This document shows, one piece after another, positions 1 through 9,091 of a stretch of DNA of 64,000 nt; positions within the stretch are counted from its first letter, which is position 1, and the number at the start of each line of letters is the position of its first letter. Source of the DNA: a virus (Duplodnaviria > Caudoviricetes); the IMG/VR virus record IMGVR_UViG_3300028805_000037, positions 192,001 through 256,000 of that record, one strand, 5' to 3'. The notes under the pieces are model-generated. The model had not been told where the DNA came from. It did not search any database and worked only from the letters and a program-made list of their open reading frames with translations. A program made the translations under genes and the position numbers.

Positions 1-67
1 TAATGCTCTTAAAATTATATATACTAGTAAAATATACAAAATTATTCCTAAAGCAATTAACATTGTC

Positions 68-1066
68 TTACTCCTTATTATATTTTGTTGGCATATGATC
101 TTGTCCCCATTTTAATGTTGCACTTGTTTCATGCTCTTGAAAGTAACCGGTAAGATATGCACCAGTAGCATCATAAAGTTTATTTACTTCACCAATTAAA
201 CCATCATGTATTTGTTTAACAAGAAAACTATTCTTTCTAACTTCAAGTACTTCTACTGCCTTGGAAGGCATAAATGAGCATCCACTACTCATATAAGCAA
301 TATCTCCAATATTAACTAACTTTGGTTTTCCTTGTTTAAAATTTATATAGCTAACATCCTCAACAGTTTTAATATATCTTCTATCAATAACTGTACCCTC
401 AACCCAAGTATTATCGTAATCATACGGATATTTTGATAGTAGTCTATCACAAATATTTTGATATTTTTCAACAATATCCTTATTAAGTCTGTTCAATGGA
501 TAATATCCAATCTTTTCATTAGCAATTTGATTAATTTTTGTAAGGTAATTACCATATGCTTGTTCGTTTTCTTTTCTATAGTCTTTGGTTATCTTAATAA
601 GTAGGGCATAATATTCTGAACAATTTATTTGGTCACGAAGTATTCTACCATCTAAATCTTTAATTTCTTTCTTTAATTCTCTTGCGTTTGATTCTAATAC
701 TACAATATAATCACCTTCATAAATATTTCGGGTATGTTTTATCTTATTGGCAGACCTTGGGTTTAATTTTACCAAATCACTTGCATATCTATCTTGGCCA
801 AATCGCATACTTGTAAACCAACCATCAAGCCAATAAATACCAACTATAGGAACATCGTATGTGTTCTTAATGATGGCAATAATAACATCATCCTTATCTA
901 TTGCTTGCCCATTACTTTGACATGTCTTGTAAATTTTATTGTATTGCTCAATTTCTTGTGCACTCAACCCTATATTTGATTGAATATTTTTAACTTCTCT
1001 TTCTATATCTTCTTGTAAGATTAGATATCGTAATTTAGCGAAATATAGCTTTATTTTTTCAAACAT
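68..1066 (-). CDS. hypothetical phage protein
   Basis: 332 aa ORF, GGAG RBS upstream, no recognised motif. Confidence 0.75.
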   Translation of the reverse strand: MFEKIKLYFAKLRYLILQEDIEREVKNIQSNIGLSAQEIEQYNKIYKTCQSNGQAIDKDDVIIAIIKNTYDVPIVGIYWLDGWFTSMRFGQDRYASDLVKLNPRSANKIKHTRNIYEGDYIVVLESNARELKKEIKDLDGRILRDQINCSEYYALLIKITKDYRKENEQAYGNYLTKINQIANEKIGYYPLNRLNKDIVEKYQNICDRLLSKYPYDYDNTWVEGTVIDRRYIKTVEDVSYINFKQGKPKLVNIGDIAYMSSGCSFMPSKAVEVLEVRKNSFLVKQIHDGLIGEVNKLYDATGAYLTGYFQEHETSATLKWGQDHMPTKYNKE

Positions 1067-1068
1067 TA

Positions 1069-1488
1069 TTATTCTCCTTTTAAAATTTTCTTTGCAGAAC
1101 TAACATAATAGTAACTATCACCAGACTTATATAACTGTTTTAATTTTAATCTCATAGCATTAAGGTGTTCTTCAATGAGTTTCTGATTTATTTCATCGGC
1201 TAATTTCTCAGCTTCTTCTATTGTTTTAGCACAATACTCATGTAGCCAGACACTATTAGTTTCATAAAATATCTTACCATTTATTTTTCTAATATTTTTA
1301 ATTATTTCTTTATCATAATTAACTCTAGTATAAGAATATTTAGTTAATCCGTTATTACAGCAACAACATTTAAAAGTATCAGTCATAATGTCAATACAAT
1401 ATATTTCATCACCTATTTTGTAATTACTAATATTTTTTATATTTTTCATTTTTTTATTCCTTATTAAATTTATAAAATTCTTCAACAC
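1069..1488 (-). CDS. hypothetical protein (true start may be the internal MKNIK)
   Basis: ORF in leftward operon with a Cys cluster. Confidence 0.65.
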   Translation of the reverse strand: MLKNFINLIRNKKMKNIKNISNYKIGDEIYCIDIMTDTFKCCCCNNGLTKYSYTRVNYDKEIIKNIRKINGKIFYETNSVWLHEYCAKTIEEAEKLADEINQKLIEEHLNAMRLKLKQLYKSGDSYYYVSSAKKILKGE

Positions 1489-1837
1489 CTTTAGCTAATT
1501 TAATATATAATTTTAATAACTTTTTTAAACTTTCAAAATTACCATCATTGTATAACTTATAAACTAATGATCCAAATGGAGTAGCTACTAAAATTTCAAT
1601 ATAATCATCTTTATAATTTTTACCAAAAAACTTATTTGGAAAATAGTAATTAAATATAAACCACATTCTTTTAACTTTAAGAATTTTTGGATTTGATTTA
1701 ACTTTCAACCAACCATAAGACCAAGGTTCTATTACAACTTGTTTCTTTCCTTTTATTTTTTCTACACAATATATTTCAGCTAATTCTTTAAACCATTTTT
1801 GTACATTTGTTTTTGTTTCTAATTGATCTAAATACAT
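1454..1837 (-). CDS. hypothetical protein
   Basis: 127 aa ORF with AAGGA RBS. Confidence 0.7.
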   Translation of the reverse strand: MYLDQLETKTNVQKWFKELAEIYCVEKIKGKKQVVIEPWSYGWLKVKSNPKILKVKRMWFIFNYYFPNKFFGKNYKDDYIEILVATPFGSLVYKLYNDGNFESLKKLLKLYIKLAKGVEEFYKFNKE

Positions 1838-1847
1838 ATTTTTTCCT

Positions 1848-2033
1848 TTATAATCTTACAACACTGATTATTTCAACATTAGTATAATATCTTTTAAATT
1901 TTTCATATAATTCATCAAAACAACTTGCTTCTAATGTAATATTACTTATTACCCATTTACTTAAATTATCTACATAACAAATATTATTTAATTTCCATTT
2001 AACTTTATAATATATTATATAAAATTTGTGCAT
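1848..2033 (-). CDS. small hypothetical protein (start uncertain)
   Basis: 61 aa ORF; 5' end overlaps a copy of the TATAATATATTATA promoter motif. Confidence 0.45.
   Translation of the reverse strand: MHKFYIIYYKVKWKLNNICYVDNLSKWVISNITLEASCFDELYEKFKRYYTNVEIISVVRL
2004..2027 (-). promoter_or_regulatory. phage promoter class B (AAATTTTATATAATATATTATAAA)
   Basis: copy of the recurring motif in reverse orientation. Confidence 0.55.
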
Positions 2034-2093
2034 AATTTTAATAATTTTTAAAATTTATTATAAATTTATAAAATACTTTAATTTAAATTTAAA

Positions 2094-3380
2094 ATGAAAA
2101 CAATAATTTTTAAAATCAAATTAAATAAAGAATTACAAAAAGTTATAGATGAAGATTCTAGAATATGTTCATCTATATATAGATTTGCGTTTAATAGATT
2201 TCAAGATAGATTATCAAATAAAGATAATTATATTTTAATATCTGAAAAATTTAAAGATGTTAATTGCCATTTAAGAAATTCTTCTTTACGAGCAGCTAAT
2301 AGTTTATTTAAAAAGTTAAAATTTACTAAAGGAGTAAAATTTGGCTTAGTAGATAAAATTAAAAAGGGCTTAATAACTAAAGAAGAATATAAACAATCTA
2401 GAAATGTAGGTATATTATCAGAAGGTGAATTCAATCAAAAAGGTAATAGATTATTTCAAATTGATTTAAAAAATAATTGTTTTATTTATAAAAGAAGTGT
2501 TAAAGAGCATTATAAATTAGAAATTATAGAAAAATTGAATAATAAAAGAAAACATATTTTACAAATTTTATATAATTTAATGATATCTAAAACAATTCCA
2601 GTAACTTTTAAATTAAAAAATGATTTAGTTTATATAACTTATGATGAATCTATAGTTGAAAAAGAAAAACAATTTAAAAATTTATTTAATAATAGAGTTT
2701 TAGGTATAGATTTAAATCCAAATTATTTTGGTTTATCAATTATAGAATTTAATCATAATAATAATTTTAAAATTATATTTAAACAAGTTATAGATTTAAA
2801 TGAATTACAAAATATTAATAATAAAAATAAAATTAAATATGAATTGCAACAAATAAATCATTATTTGATTAAATTATGTAAAAATTATCATGTTTCTAAA
2901 ATATCAGTTGAAGATTTAAAATTTAATCCTAAAAATAAATTTTGGAATAAAGATTTAAATAGATTATGTAAAAATAAATTTAGATATTCTATAATAAAAA
3001 ATCATTTAAAAACTTTATGTAATACTTATGGTGTTCAATATATAGAAGTAAATTCTTGTTATTCATCTATTATAGGTAACTTTAAATATGGCTCTGAAAA
3101 TTGTCCAGATATGATAGCTGCAAGTATAGAAATAGCAAGAAGATGCTATAAAAAGTTTGAAAAAGGTTGGTTCCAACCGATGTTTATTACTAAACAAAGA
3201 TTACAAAAAGTTTTAGGAAATCAATGGAAGAAAGAACTAAAACTAAGTTGTAAATCTTGGAAAGAACTAACTAGGAAAATTAAAGAACTTAAATTAAAAT
3301 ATAGGTTCCAGCTTATACCTTTAAATGCTGTCTTTAGTGTTTTTTATATAAAAAAGTTATATAAATTATATACTTTTTAA
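2094..3380 (+). CDS. tnpB: TnpB-related RuvC nuclease without a CxxC Zn-finger
   Basis: N-terminal helix YRFAFNR; RuvC-I VLGIDLN, RuvC-II SVEDL, EVNSCYSSIIG, RuvC-III PDMIAASIEIARR; lies antisense within a leftward block. Confidence 0.8.
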   Translation: MKTIIFKIKLNKELQKVIDEDSRICSSIYRFAFNRFQDRLSNKDNYILISEKFKDVNCHLRNSSLRAANSLFKKLKFTKGVKFGLVDKIKKGLITKEEYKQSRNVGILSEGEFNQKGNRLFQIDLKNNCFIYKRSVKEHYKLEIIEKLNNKRKHILQILYNLMISKTIPVTFKLKNDLVYITYDESIVEKEKQFKNLFNNRVLGIDLNPNYFGLSIIEFNHNNNFKIIFKQVIDLNELQNINNKNKIKYELQQINHYLIKLCKNYHVSKISVEDLKFNPKNKFWNKDLNRLCKNKFRYSIIKNHLKTLCNTYGVQYIEVNSCYSSIIGNFKYGSENCPDMIAASIEIARRCYKKFEKGWFQPMFITKQRLQKVLGNQWKKELKLSCKSWKELTRKIKELKLKYRFQLIPLNAVFSVFYIKKLYKLYTF

Positions 3381-3415
3381 TTAAATTTTATAAAAAACAT
3401 ATTTTATATTTATAT

Positions 3416-3655
3416 TTAATCATTATTTTTCTCCTCAAAATACATTGGTAGTTCTTCATCTCCTTCGTAGTTTAGTAATAAGCAATTATAATTATCGTTG
3501 TTATCTGCTTGTTCTAATGTATCAAACCAATATCCACACTTTACACATTTATAATGTTCTTCATTAGGATACTCTTCATCTTTTTTCAAAAATTTACAAT
3601 TTACACAACTATATCTATCATATTTAACCATTATTTTATCCTTTATAAAATTCAT
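3416..3655 (-). CDS. small Cys-rich hypothetical protein
   Basis: CVNC and CVKC motifs. Confidence 0.6.
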   Translation of the reverse strand: MNFIKDKIMVKYDRYSCVNCKFLKKDEEYPNEEHYKCVKCGYWFDTLEQADNNDNYNCLLLNYEGDEELPMYFEEKNND

Positions 3656-3902
3656 CTGCTACATTTTTTGAAATTGTTTCAACTATTTTTGTTATTTCAT
3701 TTGTTTTTGAATCTCTAAAATATATGTAATATTTACCTTCACCCTTTTCATAATGGTAACCACTACATACATTTCCTAATTCTACTTGTTGTTGACATTT
3801 TTGAATTGCTTTTGATTGATCTGAAGTTGTTGAAAAATACACTAATGAACAAAATCCTACTACTACTGCTACTACAATTGCTACACTAATAACGTTTTTC
3901 AT
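3636..3902 (-). CDS. membrane-anchored hypothetical protein
   Basis: N-terminal hydrophobic segment, AAGGAG RBS. Confidence 0.75.
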   Translation of the reverse strand: MKNVISVAIVVAVVVGFCSLVYFSTTSDQSKAIQKCQQQVELGNVCSGYHYEKGEGKYYIYFRDSKTNEITKIVETISKNVADEFYKG

Positions 3903-3937
3903 TCTTCTTCTCCTTAACTTTTTTAATTTATATAATT

Positions 3938-3966
3938 ATTATAATACATTTTCACTAAAATGTAAA
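3938..3966 (-). promoter_or_regulatory. sigma70-type promoter (class A)
   Basis: TTTACA-N17-TATAAT on the minus strand. Confidence 0.7.
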
Positions 3967-3987
3967 TATATACAAATATATTATATT

Positions 3988-4284
3988 TTAATCAATAAGT
4001 TTTTCATATTCTTTTTTATCAATATTTTGACTTACGAGGTATAAAATAAGATAGCCAATTAAATCGCAAACATCATTAAATCTTAAATGTTCGCTATTTT
4101 TAATTCTAGATAACTTATCATCAAGTCTTATTAATATTGAATTTGTATTATCACCTTTATAAAAACATTTGATAGGTTCAAGTGCACTATTTCCATATCT
4201 TAAATTTTTAGTTAAAAGTATACTTTGTATTGCTTCACATGTTTCAATAATTTTCTTTTGTGTATCTGTTAAAACTTGTGCCAT
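3988..4284 (-). CDS. DUF1599 / nucleotide-modification-associated domain 1 protein
   Basis: KNLRYGNS...IRLDDKLSRI...DLIGY pattern. Confidence 0.75.
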   Translation of the reverse strand: MAQVLTDTQKKIIETCEAIQSILLTKNLRYGNSALEPIKCFYKGDNTNSILIRLDDKLSRIKNSEHLRFNDVCDLIGYLILYLVSQNIDKKEYEKLID

Positions 4285-4295
4285 TTTATTTCTCC

Positions 4296-6056
4296 TTAAT
4301 TTGATATAAATTCAAGTAAATCTCTTTGTTTTAAACTAAATGTAAGTATTTCATCTGCACTTTTTACTCTTTTATTAATTTTTCTATATATATTATCTTC
4401 AATTGTATTTTTCATTACCAACATATAAATATTTACTTTACTTTTTTGTCCTCTTCTTATTATTCTACCAGTTCTCTGTTTCATTCCAGCACCAGTAAAA
4501 TTAAGATTAAAGTGTATCATATTAGAACAAAATTGAAGATTAGCACCAAAACTTAAACAATCACTACATATTAAAAATTTTACTTCATTTTGATTTTTAA
4601 ATTCATCTATAATATCATTTCTTTTTTTCTGCTGTATATCACCTGTAATAAGATAATATTTTATATTATTTTTATCAAATGTTTTACATATTCTATCTGT
4701 TGTTTTAGTTCTACTATCAAATATTATTGTTTTTTCGTTAAATTTATCTACATTATCTATAATCCATTTCATTTTGGGTGAATATGTTTCATCATATAAA
4801 TCTTCATAAACTATATTAGGAAAATCACAAAATTGAAATTTATTATTAGTTGTTTCAAACTGCATTTGTTCTTTAACTTGCTTTTTATATTCTGCAAGTT
4901 CATCTTGATTTGACATATCACCAGGAAATGGATGTTCATCAAGATACTTTTTTACTCTATCTTCAAGTATTCTATTATAATTTTTATAATCTTCTTCATA
5001 AAAATCAAGTTCTATTTTACATATATTTGATTTTACACCAAGATCTATTTCTTTAAAGAATATATATGGTTGTACTATTGATTTTAATTCATTTAATTTA
5101 TTATTTTTAAATAATACTTTATTACCATAATAATCTTCATAAAAATAACGTTCTCTAAAACGAGATAAACCACCACAAAATATATTTTCATTAATAACTT
5201 GAAATATACCAAATAAATTATAATATGAAGTTTCTATAGGTGTAGCAGTTAATGCAAATACATAATTAACTTTATCGCAAAGTTGTTTTACACTAAATCT
5301 ATTATTTAATGTTCCATTAGGTGTTTGTCTACCTAAAGATTTTAATTTTGATGCTTCATCAATAATAATATAATCAAAATGTATATTATCTAAATATTGT
5401 AAATCTATACGAACTTTTTCATAATTTATAACAAGACAAGAAAAGTCATCATAAGATTTAAAATCTTTATATACTTGTATTCTATCATTAGACGAACAAG
5501 CATTAAAAACTTTTAAATTTGGAAAAGCTTTACCTATTTCTTTTTCCCACTGTTTAACAATTGAATTTAATGTTATAATAAGAACTTTATTTAATTGAGA
5601 TTTTTCATTATGTATAAAATGTACAGCTTCTAATGAGGTAAATGTTTTGCCTACACCAGTTCCAAAAGATAGTATACCTTTTTGAATAAAACTTAACCAA
5701 ATAGCACCTTGTTTTTGTATGTCTGCCAATGGAAATTCTTCATTACAAAATTGTTTATAATTATCTATATTAATATCTTTAACTTTATCAGAATTAGATG
5801 AAAATTGTAAATAATTTTTATATTGATTATCAATATTGTTATCTATAATAATATTAAACTTATTATTATAATCTTCATAAAAATATTGTAAATAATGTAT
5901 TTTAAATCTATATTTTCTTAATTTAGAATCATATTGACAAGCAAAAAATTGTTTAATATAATTTTGAATTATATTAAAACTACCATCAATATATACCCAA
6001 TTATTAAAATATACTAATCTAATTATTGGTTTTGTATTATCCATATTCACTTCCAA
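4296..6056 (-). CDS. SNF2-family (SF2) helicase
   Basis: GTGVGKT Walker A, IIDEAS, LTATPIE, GANLQ, QRTGRIIRRGQ. Confidence 0.9.
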   Translation of the reverse strand: MEVNMDNTKPIIRLVYFNNWVYIDGSFNIIQNYIKQFFACQYDSKLRKYRFKIHYLQYFYEDYNNKFNIIIDNNIDNQYKNYLQFSSNSDKVKDINIDNYKQFCNEEFPLADIQKQGAIWLSFIQKGILSFGTGVGKTFTSLEAVHFIHNEKSQLNKVLIITLNSIVKQWEKEIGKAFPNLKVFNACSSNDRIQVYKDFKSYDDFSCLVINYEKVRIDLQYLDNIHFDYIIIDEASKLKSLGRQTPNGTLNNRFSVKQLCDKVNYVFALTATPIETSYYNLFGIFQVINENIFCGGLSRFRERYFYEDYYGNKVLFKNNKLNELKSIVQPYIFFKEIDLGVKSNICKIELDFYEEDYKNYNRILEDRVKKYLDEHPFPGDMSNQDELAEYKKQVKEQMQFETTNNKFQFCDFPNIVYEDLYDETYSPKMKWIIDNVDKFNEKTIIFDSRTKTTDRICKTFDKNNIKYYLITGDIQQKKRNDIIDEFKNQNEVKFLICSDCLSFGANLQFCSNMIHFNLNFTGAGMKQRTGRIIRRGQKSKVNIYMLVMKNTIEDNIYRKINKRVKSADEILTFSLKQRDLLEFISN

Positions 6057-6061
6057 ATTAT

Positions 6062-6088
6062 TTTTATAATATATTATATAAAAATTTT
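6062..6088 (-). promoter_or_regulatory. phage promoter class B upstream of SNF2 helicase
   Basis: AAAATTTTTATATAATATATTATAAAA on the minus strand. Confidence 0.65.
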
Positions 6089-6343
6089 TAATTTTTGTAA
6101 ATTTTTGAGTTTTGTATACTGGAGAGAAAAGTAGACGTGAATGAAGAAACCATTGTTTGTTAATGAGTTTGTTAAAAAATCAATTTCGACTTAACCATTT
6201 CTTTACTATTTCTAATATACTAAATATAATACAAATATATTATTTAAGGAATTCTTGACTATTATTCATAATACAAGCTTCAGCTTCAGACTTATACTAT
6301 ATAAGAAGTAGTAAGTAAGAATATCTATAAGTATTAGTAGATG

Positions 6344-6414
6344 AATTCTAATTCTAATTCTAATTCTAATTCTAATTCTAATTCTAATTCTAATTCTAAT
6401 TCTAATTCTAATTC
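6344..6414. repeat. hexamer tandem repeat (AATTCT)x11 plus a partial unit
   Basis: read directly from sequence. Confidence 0.95.
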
Positions 6415-6968
6415 AGACTTCTAATTTAGTTCTAGTATACCTTTGCTATACTTATTGATTAAGTTAAAATTAGTTTTTACTAATATATTTTCTTCTTATT
6501 CTTCTTATATATTTTACTCTGCAACAATAGTTATATATGTATGCATAGTAATTAGTCTTATATATTGGCATTATCTGTAGTCTTCACTTCGCCTATTAAG
6601 GTTACGTGCAACGGTTTTTACAGGTTACATGTCTATATATCTTTCTAATTTATAACCTAAGAGTACAACATTACTAGGATTTGCTTACCGAATAGCCTTG
6701 TTAGTATACTATTCTTAGGATCATTACTCCTTCATTGTTAGTAAGTAATCGCAATTAATAACATTATACCTATACCATTACTGGCATTCGTCTTTTGATT
6801 CTTTTTATAAAAAAGAATACTTACTATATATCAATTAAGATATATAATAAAGAAAAACGTTTAAACAAGAAAAAACAGTCATAATTACAAAGATCAGAAA
6901 TACTGATTTACTACAAATTTACTACTATTACTTCACAAACTACAATTATATATTATATAAAAAATAAA

Positions 6969-7031
6969 AAAGCTTATAGAAATTTTGATTTTAAAACTTT
7001 GGTAAATTTTACTCAGCTTTCTATAAGCTTT
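6969..7031. repeat. perfect 14 bp inverted repeat AAAGCTTATAGAAA/TTTCTATAAGCTTT
   Basis: arms at 6969-6982 and 7018-7031. Confidence 0.9.
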
Positions 7032-7203
7032 ATCAATATATTATATTAAATATATTCATTTTATATACTGAGTAAGGTTTTACCAATACCTTTTTACAAC
7101 TTTTTTAAATTTCCATAAGAACTATTTTCTCTATACATTTCAACGATTCTATTTACTACTAGATATCTCGATGTACATTTAAGAACAATGGACTTGCCCT
7201 TTA

Positions 7204-7219
7204 TTTTTAAATTTAAATT
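7204..7219 (-). promoter_or_regulatory. putative late promoter class C (AATTTAAATTTAAAAA) pointing into the non-coding region
   Basis: exact reverse-complement of the 16-mer found before structural genes. Confidence 0.5.
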
Positions 7220-7246
7220 AAAGCCCTCGGAGTTTCATTGATTTTG

Positions 7247-7272
7247 AAAATTTTATATAATATATTATAAAA
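7247..7272 (+). promoter_or_regulatory. phage promoter class B
   Basis: AAAATTTTATATAATATATTATAAAA just upstream of the RBS. Confidence 0.7.
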
Positions 7273-7291
7273 ATAATATATGGAGTAGTAT

Positions 7292-8809
7292 ATGGAAGAT
7301 ATAGAATCACAAGATTTACAAGAATCATTTTCTGATAATGAAATACAACTTTTAAATAAAATATATATAAAATTAGAAAAAGTATTAAAAAAAGATGATC
7401 TAGAAGTTTTAAGTGATATTTTAGATAAAGCTGGTGTAAATACAAATATATTTAAAGAAATAGAAGAACTTGATAATAATTATAATTCTACTGTAAAAGA
7501 AGAAGATAAAAAAGAAATAGAATATGAAATGTATAATGGTAAAAAGATTGAAATAAATGATGATTATAAAAAGGCATTTAAAATAATAGATAAAAATGAA
7601 AATATATTTATTACTGGTGAAGCTGGAACTGGTAAAAGCCAATTTTTAAAGATTTTAAAGAACAGATTAAGAAAGCAAGATAAAAGATATGTAGTATTAG
7701 CACCTACTGGAGTAGCTGCTTTGAATGTAGGTGGTGAGACAATACATAGTTTTTTTAAATTTAGTATACATAATATAAGACCACATATAGTAGAAAAGAA
7801 AAAAGAACTTTTTGAAAATCTTGATTGTGTTATAATAGATGAAGTGAGTATGTTACGCGCTGATTTAATGGATTATATTGATGAAGCATTACAAATTAAT
7901 AAAGGTAATAGTACACTTTTTGGTGGTTGTCAGATGATATTTATAGGTGATTTAAGTCAACTACCACCGGTTACAATGAAAGAAGAATTACCTTTATTTA
8001 CAGTAATATATAAAACACCATATTTTTTAAGTGCAAGGTGTATAGAAATACAAAAATTAAAAATGGTTAAATTTAGTAAGATATATAGACAAAATGATAC
8101 TAAATTTATTGAAATGTTAAATCAAGTAAGAAGAGGACAAGTAACTTATGATACAATAAATACTTTAAATACAAGATGTGGTTATTTAAATGAGAACAAT
8201 ATTTTAGTTACTACTACAAATAAAGTAGTTAAAAATCATAATAATAAGATGATAAATAAATTACCAGGTGAAGAAAAACATTTTAAAGCCGAATGTGAAA
8301 ATATAAGTTATGATGAACTTGATAAATATGGTATTGAAAAAGAAATTATTATTAAAAATGGTTGTAAAATAATGTTTCTTAATAATAATTATGAGCAAGA
8401 TTGGGTGAATGGTAGTCTTGGTAAAATAACACATATAGGTAATAATGAATTAAAAGCTGAACTTGAAAATGGAAGAACTGTGACAATTAATAGAGTAGAA
8501 AATGATATAAATAGTTATAAATGGGATGAAGAAAATAAAGAAATAAGTGTAGAAAAACAAGCAAGTATAATTCAATTTCCTATTAAATTAGCTTATGCAA
8601 CAACTATACATAAATGTCAAGGTATGACTTTTGATAAGATTAATCTTGATTTAAGTTTTGGCACATTTGCACCAGGACAATTATATGTAGCATTAAGTAG
8701 AGCAACTAGTCTTGAAGGAATAACATTAATAAGACCAATAAGACCTAAAGATATTATTCTTGATGGTAGAATTGATGATTTAATTAAAAATACTTGCGAG
8801 GTATTATAA
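7292..8809 (+). CDS. Pif1/RecD-like SF1B helicase
   Basis: GEAGTGKS, APTGVAA, IIDEVSM, GDLSQLPPV, TIHKCQG, YVALSRA. Confidence 0.92.
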   Translation: MEDIESQDLQESFSDNEIQLLNKIYIKLEKVLKKDDLEVLSDILDKAGVNTNIFKEIEELDNNYNSTVKEEDKKEIEYEMYNGKKIEINDDYKKAFKIIDKNENIFITGEAGTGKSQFLKILKNRLRKQDKRYVVLAPTGVAALNVGGETIHSFFKFSIHNIRPHIVEKKKELFENLDCVIIDEVSMLRADLMDYIDEALQINKGNSTLFGGCQMIFIGDLSQLPPVTMKEELPLFTVIYKTPYFLSARCIEIQKLKMVKFSKIYRQNDTKFIEMLNQVRRGQVTYDTINTLNTRCGYLNENNILVTTTNKVVKNHNNKMINKLPGEEKHFKAECENISYDELDKYGIEKEIIIKNGCKIMFLNNNYEQDWVNGSLGKITHIGNNELKAELENGRTVTINRVENDINSYKWDEENKEISVEKQASIIQFPIKLAYATTIHKCQGMTFDKINLDLSFGTFAPGQLYVALSRATSLEGITLIRPIRPKDIILDGRIDDLIKNTCEVL

Positions 8810-8868
8810 TTATGTTTGATTATTTAACATTATTATAAATTGTTTTAGTAATATATGAGGTATTGATA

Positions 8869-9056
8869 ATGTGGATAAAAGTCAATACAAATAACTTAAA
8901 AAAGTAGAGAAAATTCTTGAAGAAAATGGCTATGAGGTATTAGAAAATTATGATGATGAAATATTAAATAGACAAAAATGTTGTCCAAAATGTGGAGATT
9001 CAGAATTTTTTGATATTTATGAAAATAAATGTAATCATTATGGATGGGAAGGTTAA
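8869..9056 (+). pseudogene. small Zn-ribbon protein requiring a -1 frameshift at A_AAA_AAG (8898-8904)
   Basis: GAGG RBS, MWIKVNTNNLKK then TAG; -1 frame continues VEKILEENG...CPKCG...GWEG*. Confidence 0.55.
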
Positions 9057-9091
9057 TATATAATTAAAACAAAAATAGAGGTTAAAATAGA

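Larger units (their letters stand above)
6090..7200 (-). ncRNA. candidate large structured ncRNA (alternatively an origin or terminal region)
   Basis: ~1.1 kb without ORFs, many hairpins, two leftward promoter-like motifs feeding it. Confidence 0.35.

Noticed and set aside
2094-3420. Cas12-type CRISPR system
   Set aside because: No repeat-spacer array or cas genes seen near either RuvC gene or elsewhere in the window.
6344-6414. Repeat as a CRISPR array or coding repeat
   Set aside because: No spacers, and no long ORF spans it on either strand.
6090-7200. tRNA, tmRNA, RNase P or group I intron
   Set aside because: No cloverleaf/T-loop, tag reading frame or recognisable catalytic core could be identified by eye, and no interrupted gene flanks it.
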